The notes below the pieces were generated by a model. It ran no database searches, had not been told where the DNA came from, and was given only the letters and a program-made list of their open reading frames with translations. Shown here piece by piece: positions 24,200 to 37,119 of a stretch of 64,000 nucleotides of DNA. Both the position numbers and the translations under genes were made by a program. The first letter of the stretch is position 1, and every line of letters starts with the position of its first letter. Location of the stretch: assembly GCF_004010195.1 (NCBI RefSeq), contig NC_057719.1, positions 77,578,373-77,642,372 on the forward strand, written 5' to 3'. The stretch comes from Chiloscyllium plagiosum. Lineage: Eukaryota.

Positions 24200-25240
24200 C
24201 AATTACCAATAGCCAGTGGAATCACTGTTGGTTCAGAGAAAAGGGCATGCCAGGAGAAGCACACGGGATCCCTAAAAATGTAGTGTAAGCCTAGTGAAGC
24301 TACTACAGACAATTTCCTCCATGCCAAGCAGCAGAAATATCATGTAATTGACAAAGATAAGCAATCCCACAATCAATTGAACTGATCCAAGCACTGCAGA
24401 CATGACACATCCAGCAGTGAATGGTGGTGGCCAATCAAACAACTACCTAGAAGACTTGGCTTTATAAATATCCTCATCCTAAATGGTGGTGAAGCCCAGC
24501 AAATCAGTACAGTATAGGAGCAGAATTAGGCCATTTTGCCCATCGAATCTGTTTTGCCATTCAATCACGGATGATATGTTTCTTAACCCTATTCGCCTGC
24601 CTTCTCCCCATAAATCCATATGAATACTATGACTACACGGGCAATTCAGAGGCTAGGAATTCCGTGACAAATAACTCACTTTATGACTACCATCGCCTGT
24701 CCACCATCTACTAGGCACAAATTAAGTGTGTGATAGAATATTCGGTATTTGCTTTATGAATTCAGCTGCAACAAATCATAAGACGCTCAATGCCATCTAA
24801 GACATAGCAGCCAAAGTCATTAAAGCTCATTGACTATCTATCACTGCATTCCACATTAATCCCATCTCCTAACAATACACAGGGGCGGGAACTACAAAGT
24901 GCACTCCAGAATCCACCAGTGGTCCTTCAACAAACCACCTGGGAACACCGTCACCTGCAAGTTCCTCTCCAAATCATTCACCAGCCTGCCTTAGAAGTGT
25001 ATGGTCATTCCCACACTGTCACTGGATCAAAATCCTGGAGTACCCTTCTCAACAACACTGCTGGTGTATCTACCCTCCACCGCCTGCCCCTCTCCTCCAC
25101 ATTGAACTCCCACCCCATTGCTCTGGCACCATGGACTGTAATGCTTGAAGAAAACAGTTCATCAACAAATACTCAAGAGCAATTAGGAGTGAGCAGTAGA
25201 GACTAGCTTATCCGGTGATGCCCGTGTCCAATGAATGAAG
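24200..25240 (+). mobile_element. Old CR1/L2-clade LINE fragment (with a small old CR1 3' piece at ~24510-24615)
   Basis: cctgtccaccatctac.aggcacaa, caaatcattcaccagcctg, tail caagagcaattaggagtgagcagt..gaatgaa; same family as 40605-41820, 46715-47152 and 52555-53900. Confidence 0.6.
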
Positions 25241-25569
25241 TTTTAAATAAATTTATGCAACCTTCCCTCATAAGTTAACCTTTTCCATCCCAGTATCATT
25301 CTAACTACATCATGTTTCTGGACAAGGAGCAAGGTTTGAGTGCAGAAATACAGGAAATGGGACAGACACAGTTCAGGCCCCTATTTACGTAGTGGAGAAG
25401 AATCCTTGACCGATGTAAGACAGAAACATTTGTGTCTGGTGGGGAAGGTAACATTGTAAAAAGAGCTAGAACCAAAACACAACAATTCAGAAAAGTGAAC
25501 TGATTTCGTATTGGAAACAACAGAGGAATAAGTGAAAAGAACTTAGTTACAGGAGCCTTCAAAATTATA

Positions 25570-26968
25570 GTAGATTTATAGCAGATGGCAAGGTCCCAGA
25601 AGACTGGAGAATAGCCAGTGTTGTTCCTTTTCTAAAAGGGCAATTGGGATAATCCAGGAAATTATAGGCCTCATATCAGTGGTAAGGAAATTCTTAGGAA
25701 CAGGATTTACTCATATTTGGAAAAGGAAAGAATGGACTTATTAGGGATAGTCAGCATGGCTTTGTGTGGAAGAAGTATTGTGTCACAAATTTGTTTAAGT
25801 TTTTTAAGAAAGTGACGAAGATGATTGATGATGGCAAGGCTATGAATATTGACTACATGAACTTTACTAAAGCATTTGACAAGGTCCTTCATGGTAGGCT
25901 GGCCCAGAAGATTAAGTCACAAAGGATCTACAGTGAGCTGGTAATTTGGAAACAAAATTGACGTATTTATAGAAGGCTGTGGAGGAGTGTTTTTTTTGAC
26001 GAGAGGTCTTCGACTAGTGGTGCTCTGCAAGGTTCAATGTTTGTAATTTATATAAATACAATGGATGATAATGTAGGTGGTCTGTAAGTTTGCAGAAAGC
26101 TTGAAAATTAATAGAGTTGTGGATAACAAGGAATGCTGTCAAAGGATACAGCAGGTTAAAGATCATTTGGAAAACTGGGTGTAGAAATGGCAGATGAAGT
26201 TTAGTCCAGATGAGTGTGAGGTGATGCATTTTGAGAGGTCAAATGCAAGATGAAAGCATGCAGTGCAGTGTGCACGACCATCAGAAGCACTGATATAGGG
26301 AGAAATCTTGGGTTGTAGCTCCCTGAAAGTGGCAATACAAGTGGATAAGATGGTAAAGAAATGCCTTCATCATTTGTGGCATAAATGTTGGCAAGTTGTA
26401 CTACTGCTGTACAAAACATTTCTTAGGCCACATTTTGGAGTGTTGTATGCAATTGTGATCTATAGAAAAACTGTAGAGGCTTGGAGAGAGTGCAGAAGAG
26501 GTTTACCAGGATGTTGTCCAGATTGGATTGGATTTGCTATAAAGAGAGGTTGGTTAGACTTGGATTTGTTTTCACTAGAGCATCAGGAATGATCAGTTAG
26601 AAGTATATAGAATTATGAGAGGCATGGAAAGAGTGGATAGTCAGACTCTTTTTTCCAGGAAAAAAAAACAACTACAAAGGGGGCATGGGTTAAAAGTGAG
26701 AAAGGGGGAATGTTTAAAGGAGATGTTCAAGGCAAGTTCTTTTTTTAATGCAGATGGTAGTAGATGCCTGGAATGCAGGGGAGGTAGTAGAAGCAAACAC
26801 GATAACAAAATTTAAGAGGAATTCAGACAAAAACATGGACAGGCAGGGAAAAGGGAGATTTGAACCATATGCAGGCAGATGGGATTAGTTTAGAATGAGA
26901 ACATGGTCGGCATGGACATGGTGAGCCAAAAGGCAAGTTCCTGTGCTGTACTGTTCTATGTTCTATGT
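25570..26968 (+). mobile_element. CR1 LINE RT-to-3'-end fragment, decayed
   Basis: QHGFV..KYCVTNL..IDDGKAMNIDYMNFTKAFDKVLHGRL; tail (ttctatg)n. Confidence 0.88.
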
Positions 26969-27191
26969 TGGTTGACAGGTTAACCCCAAAAATTGAATTA
27001 GATATGTCTTGGAAAAGTGAAAGGTGAACCTTGTGAAAATGAGAGAAGGACAAGAATTGAAAGCAGAGTTCTTAAAGCTTCCAGCTTAGAGTGAAAGCAG
27101 GAAAGGCAGCAACACAGTCATGGATAGACCAGTAAAGTATTTAGGGTTCTTGTGCCGTGCGGTTTTATGCTGAGATAAGAGTTTAGATGAG

Positions 27192-27350
27192 AGGTTAGAT
27201 TCCCTACAGTGCGGAAACAGTACCTTCGGCCCAACAAGTCCACACCAACCCTCCGAAGTGTAACTAACCCAGAGCCATTTCCCTCTGACTAATGCACCTA
27301 ACACTATGGACAATTTTGCATGGCCAATTCACCTGACCTGCACATCTTTA
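27192..27350 (-). mobile_element. HE1-like SINE 3' fragment
   Basis: gttagattccctacagtgcggaaacag..cggcccaacaagtccacac..gacctgcacatcttt. Confidence 0.85.
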
Positions 27351-27863
27351 GTTTCAAGATAGATTGATCAAGGTCAAGAACTACCTTCAGGTTTGGTTTT
27401 CTTGTTTGTTACATTATAAGACAGATTACTACAATACATGGTATACATGGATATATGAGGTATATTTACATTATTGAAATATTATTCTATGAACTGTACC
27501 AGCTAATGCTGTCTGTCTACTTTGTGTCCTTATCTTCAGATATTTCTAATATTTATATGGCTAGACTTCAGCCTTTTGCCCAGCTCTCCTTGTGTTTCTC
27601 TCTTCCCCTCGAACTCCATCCAATCTACACTATTTATGCTCAGTGAAGAGCAGCTCAGTGATATGATTGCATGATTAATCCTGGCTCCTATATAAACACC
27701 TGAGTAGCACTGGAACAAATAATGTTTCACATATCCCACAATAAGACAACTACAGCTAGGATGCATACATAAACTTCTAGATGTTTTTCTGTGTCATGGA
27801 AACACAGAATCAAGTGAAACCCTGTTTTTTTATTAAATTGGCTGCATCAACAACAGAAGTGAT

Positions 27864-28219
27864 TCATAGAATCCCTACAGTGTGGAATCAGATCATTCAG
27901 CCATAGGGTCCATACTGACCCTCTGAACAGTATTCCACCGAGACCCATCCCACTGCCCTAGCATGTAACTCTGCATTTCCCATGGTTAACCATCATAGCC
28001 TATGTATCCATGGATACTCTGGGCAAATCAGCATGACAAATCCGCCTAACCTGCACATCTTTGGACTCTGGGAGGAAATCAGGGCACTCGGAAGAAACCC
28101 TTGCAGACACAGGGAGAAGTTGCAAGCTCCACACAGGCAGTCACCCGAGGCTGAAACTAAAGCTGGGTCTCTGGCGCTGTGAGGCAGCAATGCTCACCAC
28201 TGAGCCACTGTGCCGTCCC
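27864..28219 (-). mobile_element. HE1-like SINE, full-length, diverged
   Basis: Same structure as 8218-8529, ending ..gaggcagcaatgctcaccactgagccactgtgccg. Confidence 0.88.
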
Positions 28220-30057
28220 AGCACAGACTGTGAAGCATATTGATCATGAGATCATATAAGTTGGTTTATAGACGCAAGTTCTTTCTTCACCCTTTGCATT
28301 AGCTGAGTATCTCTGAGATTGTCACTGGGGGGAGACCCAAGTGTTCCTAAGGCTTCACAAACGTGGTGGGGAGCCAATGTCACAGATGTCCTCTCCTTTT
28401 TTCTGGTTTTTTTTTGCCAAGAAAATGAATATTCCAGTGTCCTTTGATGCCACCTACTTATTATGTGATTGGACAGGTAATTATTAAGAAGGCTTCTGGA
28501 AGAAATCTTAGACTCTGTGTTTGACTTCACTAAGGCCTAAGAAGCTGACCAGGGTCAGCCAGCCTACCTGTTTCCTTATCATACTTCTCAACTCAAACAC
28601 ACCAACCAGTGAAATCAGACTTCCTTCATCTCATTCTCACTTAGATGACTATACATTACAGATCAACTCAAGACTAGCTATCATACAATGTTCTACATTA
28701 GTTCCTATCTGGTAATGTAAATAAATCATAGTTACACTGCCTTAAAAAGTGTACGAGAACAACAGCAATTCTCCACCAAAGCTTTGTTTCCAGATCATAG
28801 AAAATCCTTGGGGCTGGAGACTTTCCTGTTCTAGTTTTGGACAACATACCTCCACAGTTGACTGCCTGTTGTACTGCTGTGGGCAATCAAGTTTGCATAT
28901 GGAGTAAAGTCAACCTGGGGTAATATCCTGAACCCACGGATGCTGTTAGGAGAGGAAAGTCTGTTGTATCTGCAACTGAATGTGTTTTGTGAAATGTTTA
29001 AGTGGATTTCAGGGAATAAAGTTCCTTCTGCATTTTAAACAATAAGCTAAGGAAATATTTTACTGACAGCATTTCAACATTCTGCTGATCTCTCTCCTCC
29101 ACAGCACACTTGATGGATTTGTAATCCTTCTAATCTTGGTAAAATTGTTCCTTGCATGGTAGGTCAATAACTTACTCATAAACCCAGAAAGAATGCTTTT
29201 GGAATTCAGCAGCATGCATGTTTCAGATTTACATTTAACAAAGTCCTAAGCGTATTTTCTCCCATTAGCATCCTCATCTCCTTTTCAAACACAGCGTGAC
29301 TTTGATGAATGTGGATCACCTCATTTTTAAAAACTTCTACTGAATTTATCAATTGATTTTTTTTTAATTTCTCAGAATCACAGAAATACTACAGAGCAGA
29401 AGGAGGCAATTTGCTTCCCTTAATTTAGTTTTTCACCACCCTCTATTCAGCCTGGTTTTCAATTGTATCGTCTACTTTTGTCACAAGCACTTTTCTTCCT
29501 GAGCATAATTGATCCCTTTTGTTTCATCCACAAAGCTCTGGATTGCCTTTCAAAGGATTGTACCTCTATTGGCCCTGGGCATCTCTTCTTTGAAGGTAGT
29601 CCATTGATCAGTTACTTTTTTTTGTGCTATGTATTTTGTTATTTGCAATAACTAAGGTCATTGATATGCTTCAGAAGCATACTTTAAGCTGTAAGTGAAT
29701 AAAGCATAGTTTTTATTTTCAAGAGTGCATTGGCAAATAGGCTTCATACTCCATCAGTTTGACTCAAACTGATCCTAAATAGTTGAGTGTTTTGAATAGA
29801 TTGCAAGAAATGTCTCAATCTGCTTTCTACTTCAAGGTGCAACTTCCACGGACTTGAACTGGTTTATGTGTTAACCAAAGTTTAGTTTAACTGGCAATGG
29901 GTTAATGATGATTAGGTAAAATTCCTTTCTGCATGAACCTTTTAAAGAACAATTTGTGTTTCACAACCTCAGGAAGTCCCAAAGCACTTTGCAGCCAATG
30001 AAAGACTTCTTTGAAATGTGTCCATTGATGTCGAACAGGAAGAATGACTGTCAATTT

Positions 30058-30590
30058 GGAATTAGGAATGGGGTAGACCATTCAGCCCCTTGAGCTGCTC
30101 TGCCATTCCAGATCATGGCTGACCATATACCTCGATGTCATATTCCTGCACTATCCACAAATCCTTCAAAATTATTCGCGTCTGGAAATCTATCAATATC
30201 TGGCTTCAATTTAGTTAATGACTGAACTTTCACAAACCCCTGGTATAGAAGATTACAAAGATTTCAAGTTCTTCCTCAGTACAATCCTAAATGGCTAGCC
30301 TTTTATTTTTAGACTGGGTCCAATGCTTCCAGACCTCAGAACAAGGGAAAAAAATATTCTTTCTGCATCAACTCTATCTATCCCTTTCAAAATGTTGCAA
30401 GTGTTTATGAACTTTCCTTTCATTGCCCCAAACTCCAAAGACCCCAGGCCCAATTACATCATTCTTTCATCATAAAACAGTCTTCTATCCCAAAAATCAG
30501 TCTGGTGAACGTCCACTGTTCTCCCTCCAGGGCGAGCGTTTCCTTCTTTAGACAAGGAAATTAGATGTGCACACAATCCTCCAGATAGAA
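30058..30590 (-). mobile_element. Old CR1 3' fragment
   Basis: gaccattcagccccttgagctgctctgccattc 3' end shared with the copies at ~10490 and ~31640. Confidence 0.65.
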
Positions 30591-31617
30591 GCTTACAATG
30601 TTTTGGGATTTGCTTCTGCTACTTTTCACTTTCATTTATAGTTTTTCAACTTTGCTTGACCAGCTTTATTTTCAATTTTTGTGACTACCCTCTTAGGTTC
30701 CCATCCCCCTGACAAACTAACTTCTAGCCAAACACGAGCAAACCTCCAAGCAAGAACATTAGTCCTAAATGTGTTAAGGTGTAACATGTCCTCCTTATAT
30801 AGATTTGTATCTCTCTGAGAGCTGGTCCCAATGCCCAAGGAATCTAAATCCCTTCCTCCTGCACCATATGCACAGCAAACAATGAGCAATGTGGTAATGA
30901 CCAGATAGCCTCCTTGAATGATTTTGACTGATAGATAACTATTGACAAGGGCACCTGTGCACTAAGATTGAAATTAAACACCTCCAAATTGCCAAATGGT
31001 GGCAAACGTTCCAATGTAACTCAAGAAACACTTATTATTTTTGAAGATCACACAGAATTTATTTACTAGAAATGATGGACATCTGAATTTTACAGAATGT
31101 CCAAACAAATTACAGTCCTGCTTTGATCATCTTTTCCATCGACTCATGAATTTCTTGCACATAGTCGCTCACTGATTATTCTTCATGTCTTGTGACAGCT
31201 GACTAGACTGGACCATTTAACACACACGTATCGGTCTTTTGAATTACATGAGGATAACTTTCCAATTTTAGGAATTTAGAATAAGGAATGACAGTTTAAA
31301 AATCTGGTTGACTGGGTTCTGTCAATTACCAGATTTAATCTGCTCTCAAACATACAATATTACATAGGGTAGATTATTTCTTTTGGGGGGGGGTGGAAGT
31401 TGGGATGATGATGGGAGGTCGTTTATGTTCTAATTGGTGTGCTACCAAGCAGTAAGCAGAATTTAGCGCATCATGAAACTCATTAACTTCTTAATGATTA
31501 TGGTATATTTTGCTGCATCTTCTCCTTTCAACCTATTCATTCTCCAAAGGTATTTACTCACCTTTTTGCACTTCATTCCTGGAAGTGTATCCATTGAACG
31601 ATAATCTTTATGATTTT

Positions 31618-33576
31618 TTAGGAATATAGGAGAGGAGTAGGCCATTCAGCTCCTTGAGCCTGCTCTGCCATTCAATAAGGTCATGGCTGATCTGAGGCCT
31701 GCCTTGATACCCCTGCTTAATAAAAATTTGTCTATCTCAGATTAAAGTTTAATAACTGAATTAGCATCAATTAGTATATGAGGTAGAGAATTCCAAACCT
31801 CCACTGTGCTTTGCGTATCGAAGTGTTTTCTAACATCTCTCATGAATGATCTGGCCCCAATATTTAGCCTATTTCCCCAGTTCTAGAATTTTCAGCCATT
31901 GGCAATGATTTATCTTTATCTACCCCGTCTTTTAATTTCTGGAGCATAAAGGCCTAATTTGTCTAATCTCACTTCATAACTTAACTCCTGAAATCCGATA
32001 TCACCCTGTATTGAACTCCTTCCAGGGTCAAAATATCCTTCCTAGGGTGTGGTGTCCAGATCCGCTCACAATACAATTGGGATGCAGCATAACATCTGCA
32101 TCCTTATACTCCAACCCTTCAGATATGAAGGCCAACATTTCATTAGTCTTCATGATTTACAAGGATGTTGCTAGGGTTGGAGGATTTGAGCTACAGGGAG
32201 AGGCTGAACAGGCTATGGCTGTTTTCCCTGGAGCGTTGGAGGCTGAGGGGTGACCTTATAGAGATTTACAAAATTATGAGGGGTAAATAGAGATAGTCTT
32301 TTCCCTGGGGTCGGGGAGTCTAGAACTAGAGGGCATAAGTTTAGGGTGAGAGGGGAAAGATATAAAAGAGACCTAAGGGGCAACTTTTTCATGCAGAGGG
32401 TGGTACGTGTATGGAATGAGCTGCCAGAGGAAGTGGTGGAGGCTGGTACAATTGCAACATTTAAGAGGCATGGGTATATGAAAAGGAAAGGTTTGGAGGG
32501 ATATGGGGCGGGTGCTGGCAGGTGGGACTAGATTGGGTTGGAATATCTGGTCGGTATGGATGGGTTGGACCGATGGGTCTGTTTCCATGTTGTACATCTC
32601 TATGACTCTATGACTCTATGACTATTTTTGGCACCTGTGGCATTTTAAACAGCTATGCACCTGACCCTCCAAATCTCATTAGACATCCACTGTGCCTTCT
32701 AAAACAAATCTTGATCCACCATTTCTCAGTTGAAATAGATAGCCTCACATTTGCTTATAGTGAAACCCATCAGCCACAGCTTTGCCTATTCATCTATCCA
32801 ATGTTGTGTCATTGGCAAATTTGAGTATTTGACCTTTTATGCCGTTATTTAAGTCGTTAATGAATATTGTGAATAGATGAGGCCCTAACACAGATCCCTG
32901 TGGGACATCACTAGTCACATCTAGTCAATTTGAGTACTTACCCATTATTCCAACTGTGTTTCCTGCCACTCAACCAATTTCCTATTCATGTCCGTAATCT
33001 GACCTCAATTCTGTAGGCTCCAACCTAGCTAACCACCTCATGTGGAAATATATTAAAAGCCTTCCAGAAGTCCAAATAAACAACATCCATTGACTTACCT
33101 CTGTCGATCATCTTTGTCACCTCTTCAAAGAAATGCAATGAGGTTTGTCTGGCATGACCTATCTTTTATGAATCCAGGCCAATTCTCCTTGATAAACTGG
33201 TTTGTTGAGGTAATCAGTTACACTATCCTTGATTATAGACTTCAACAATTTACCCAGCACAGATATCAGCTAACTGCTCTGTAATTCATTGGTTTCTCTC
33301 TATTACCCTTCTTAAAGAGCAAAGTGGCATGACTGTGTGTTTGTTCTCTTTTCTCCTTTAACTTCCATGAGTGGAAACTACCAGGTCCTGCGGATTTGCT
33401 GTTCTTTAGTTCCATTAATTTTCCTGTCATTGATGATTTACTGAAGCTAATTTTATTTAGGCCCTGTCCCTGACCCTCTGTTAATTTCTTGGCATTCCAG
33501 AATATTCTCCTTTTCTGCTGTAAATATTGAATCAAAATAATCACTCAGTATGTCAGTCATTTCCCCATGGTCATTA
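31618..33576 (-). mobile_element. Old CR1 LINE (3' end to RT/endonuclease linker), split by a younger CR1 insertion
   Basis: 3' end at 31620-31690; gatccctgtgggacatcactagtcac (VTSDVPQGS) at ~32893; LFKKGNREKPMNYRAVS at ~33270-33320. Confidence 0.8.
32155..32623 (+). mobile_element. Young CR1/HER1-like 3' fragment
   Basis: RGERYKRDLRGNFFMQRVVRVWNELPEEVVEAG; (ctctatga)n tail. Confidence 0.92.
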
Positions 33577-34076
33577 NNNNNNNNNNNNNNNNNNNNNNNN
33601 NNNNNNNNNNNNNNNNNNNNNNNNNNNNNNNNNNNNNNNNNNNNNNNNNNNNNNNNNNNNNNNNNNNNNNNNNNNNNNNNNNNNNNNNNNNNNNNNNNNN
33701 NNNNNNNNNNNNNNNNNNNNNNNNNNNNNNNNNNNNNNNNNNNNNNNNNNNNNNNNNNNNNNNNNNNNNNNNNNNNNNNNNNNNNNNNNNNNNNNNNNNN
33801 NNNNNNNNNNNNNNNNNNNNNNNNNNNNNNNNNNNNNNNNNNNNNNNNNNNNNNNNNNNNNNNNNNNNNNNNNNNNNNNNNNNNNNNNNNNNNNNNNNNN
33901 NNNNNNNNNNNNNNNNNNNNNNNNNNNNNNNNNNNNNNNNNNNNNNNNNNNNNNNNNNNNNNNNNNNNNNNNNNNNNNNNNNNNNNNNNNNNNNNNNNNN
34001 NNNNNNNNNNNNNNNNNNNNNNNNNNNNNNNNNNNNNNNNNNNNNNNNNNNNNNNNNNNNNNNNNNNNNNNNNNNN
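33577..34076. other. Assembly gap (500 N)
   Basis: Run of N; a second 14-N gap lies at 22731-22744. Confidence 1.
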
Positions 34077-34640
34077 ACACCTTGCTGTGATACAAAGACA
34101 GTTTACACTTTGCTGCAGGTGCCTGCAGCTCATTTAATTTGTTCCTTCCATTCTGTGCATTTGCATAAAGAACTTTAATTTTGGCTGTACACTCTATCCA
34201 GTTCTTCAGAATCTCATTATTTCTCCTTCCTGGCTTACTAAATACACATTCTATAGTCCCACCAATAAACCATTCAACTGGCCCTGCTTGACCATCCTAT
34301 TAGCCTCTATCTTGTCCTCATCTCCTCAAGAGTCAAGAGTCAAGAATAGCTTTTATTGTCATATCTATCATATGCAACTGATACAGTAAACACGTCAGCG
34401 TTCCTCCAAGACCAAGGTGCTACATGGACAGCACAAACTACACGATCATACACAGGGTGTCACAAAGTGCATAAGAAATGCAAAACATGTAAGACAGCAC
34501 AGTGATTTTTAACACATCGAGACAATAGGCACAGTGGTGTACAAATTACAGTGTAATAAAAGAATGATAATTAATAAAACATTGTTCTAGCAGCAATTTG
34601 AAGTCATGCAAAGCTGCTCTGCTGCTCAAGTTCCCACCAC

Positions 34641-34717
34641 CTAGTTTAAACCTTCTAGTTTAAAACCTTCCAGTTTAAACCCTATAGTTTAAACCATACT
34701 AGTCTAAACCCTCCCAG
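34641..34717. repeat. Minisatellite, ~5 copies of a ~14-15-bp unit (ctagtttaaacc..)
   Basis: ctagtttaaacctt ctagtttaaaacctt ccagtttaaaccct atagtttaaaccata ctagtctaaaccctccc. Confidence 0.85.
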
Positions 34718-34889
34718 CGGTTTTTGATGAACCTGTTGTTTACCTTCAGCATTTTCTGTGTTTCGGATTTTAGATTTCTAAGGACTCAGTTTTTTTTCTT
34801 GTTTCTTATATTTGTATTAACATTACTGAGTCCTCTGTAATGCTTCCTAGTCAGGACAATGCCTGGTTTAAAATTTAAACAAAGCCAGG

Positions 34890-35080
34890 CTGTTAACTGG
34901 AATCAAGTGTGCATTCTTGATGGCGACACCTCTACTAAGCAAATTCCACTTGTCAATGAATCAGCACTTTCCTTTTATGCATTATGTTGGTTTTCCCCCG
35001 AATTAGTATTCTTGCAAAATATCCTGATGTGCGCAAGACAAAAAGCTTCAACAAAAATGTGATTTATTTTCAGCAACTCT
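34890..35080 (+). mobile_element. Old Penelope-like 3'/pLTR relic (family 3)
   Basis: atcctgatgtgcgcaagacaaaaagcttcaaca; similar to 3880-4115. Confidence 0.45.
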
Positions 35081-36714
35081 GACGTTCTATACGACTAAAT
35101 GGTCAAATGTTAAATCTTGTTGCATCATCATATCTGTTTGGAGAACTGCAATTGTACTTAGTGAACATGCTGGCTTGCCCTAGTCATGGGACCTGTGTCT
35201 GTTATAAGTGGCTTTGTGGGTGATCTGTAGCAGCCAATAAAAATACCGTTAACATAAGCTCAGATTTCCCAATAGCAGGACTGTCATTATTCCAACGTAT
35301 TTAAGAGTTGTGCATGGAGATCCTGTAGAATCCCTATCACAGAAGACTCCAAAAGAATTGCTTTAAATTCTCCTGATTCTGAAAATTCTGCTGGGCAATT
35401 CCTGTACACTTGGTACCGTCCAAATTTGTCCATTTGAAATCGGAGGATTGTGAGAGTTCTAATGAAGTTAAGTAAATATTTTCTCTTGTACAGTTAGACT
35501 GTTAAATACACAGTCTAAATCCTAAATAACTATTTAACTAACCCCATACTTAATGTTACACAGCCTCCCTAACTACATTTCCCCCATTCTCCCCACTCCC
35601 CAAGCACTTACAAACCCCAGATCCTGATCTGATGCAGTTGGGACTCAAACCCCTTCACCTGCTCCGGACCTGTTTCCCATTTCCTTTGTTCCAGACCTGA
35701 CTCCCCTTCACCCATTCTATACCTGACACCCATTACCCTATTCCAGATCTGACTTCCCTCTCATCCCATCAGCTGATGCCCCTCACCTTTTGTAATATCC
35801 AGGGCCATCAGCCACTTTCTTGATTCACATTGAGCAAAGATTGGCATGCTGGGGACCTTTGGAGTTATCTGAGATGTATCATCTATTTGACACATCGAGC
35901 TATAGATTGTTCCAAATGTTTCAGTCATATCTTCTGCATGATTTTGTTGGGCTCCATCATGATTAAAGTTGAGGATATAGGTGCAGCCAGTGAGTTGTTA
36001 TTGTCCACCACCATTTGCAGCGGAATGAGGCAGGAGTGCAGAGCTTAGATCTGATCTGCTGTCTGTGGAATCCCTTAGACCTGTCCAAATCTTGCTGCTT
36101 ATGCTGCTTGGCGTGCAAGTAGTCCTCTGTTTCATCTTCACCAGGTTCACACCTCACTTTGAGGTATGCCTGGTACTGCATCCATTGCATACAAACATAT
36201 GAATTCAACTCAAGAGTAAGCTTCCACCCTACTTGTTCCTTTAACATTAAACAACTTTGTTAATGAAGAATCTAACTGAGGTTTAAAGATACTCAATGAA
36301 ACCTCCTCCAATGTTGCCCAGGGAACAGTATTCAATAGACAAATGACTCAGAAAAAAAATTGTGATCTCCGTCTTAAAATGGAAATAATTTTTAAACTGC
36401 ATTCCCATAAGGGAAATATCCCCACAGCATCCAGCCTTTCAAGTCCCTTTCAGAATATAAAATGCTTCACTAAGATTACCCCACTTTCTTCTAAACTTCA
36501 ATGGATACCAGGCCAATCTGGCCATGATATTCCCAGATTTCTCCTAAATTAATTTCGTCATTCCAGGTATCAGTCAGGTCCCCAGACTTCTTCAAAAGCA
36601 CTGTCCCTCACAAAAAGCAGGGCTTTAAATCCTATTTGGTCCCAGTATTCAGTCAAAACTCAAACTCTTCCCAAAGCAACGAATTCACACACAGGGCTAG
36701 GTCCCACAATCAGC

Positions 36715-37000
36715 AATGAAATATATCACCAGATAATCTGTCGTAGTGACCTTGACTGACGGATAAATATTATTCAGAAAATTAAGTGAGTGCCTTTCTT
36801 CTTCTACAAATAATGCTCAAAAGAATCTTTTAGAAGCATCTGAAAGGACAGACTCATTTTTCTGTCTCATCCAAAAGAAGTCATCTATGCCAGAGCAAGC
36901 CTGTCGGTCTCAGTATCACACTCAAGTATGAGCTAACTTCCAGTTTTCTGGGACTTCAGGCCATAACCATCAGATGCAGAGACAAGAGTACCATCACTGA
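36715..37000 (-). mobile_element. Old DeuSINE-like SINE
   Basis: accagataatctgt..ggataaatatt..tcttctacaaataatgc..gtctcatccaaaag is the reverse orientation of the body split around the Gypsy element. Confidence 0.5.
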
Positions 37001-37119
37001 AATGAAATTTATATGCTATTACTAAGTTACTAATTATCTTGTGCGGATATGGATTTCTAGACAGGTTTCAGTTGATATGTCTGACCAATTTCTCAAAGAG
37101 TAATGTTGATTCTAATTTG

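Noticed and set aside
33453..34178. Long ORFs of 173-226 aa
   Set aside because: Artefacts of translating through the 500-N gap
34641..34717. CRISPR-like array
   Set aside because: No unique spacers, units too short, eukaryotic context
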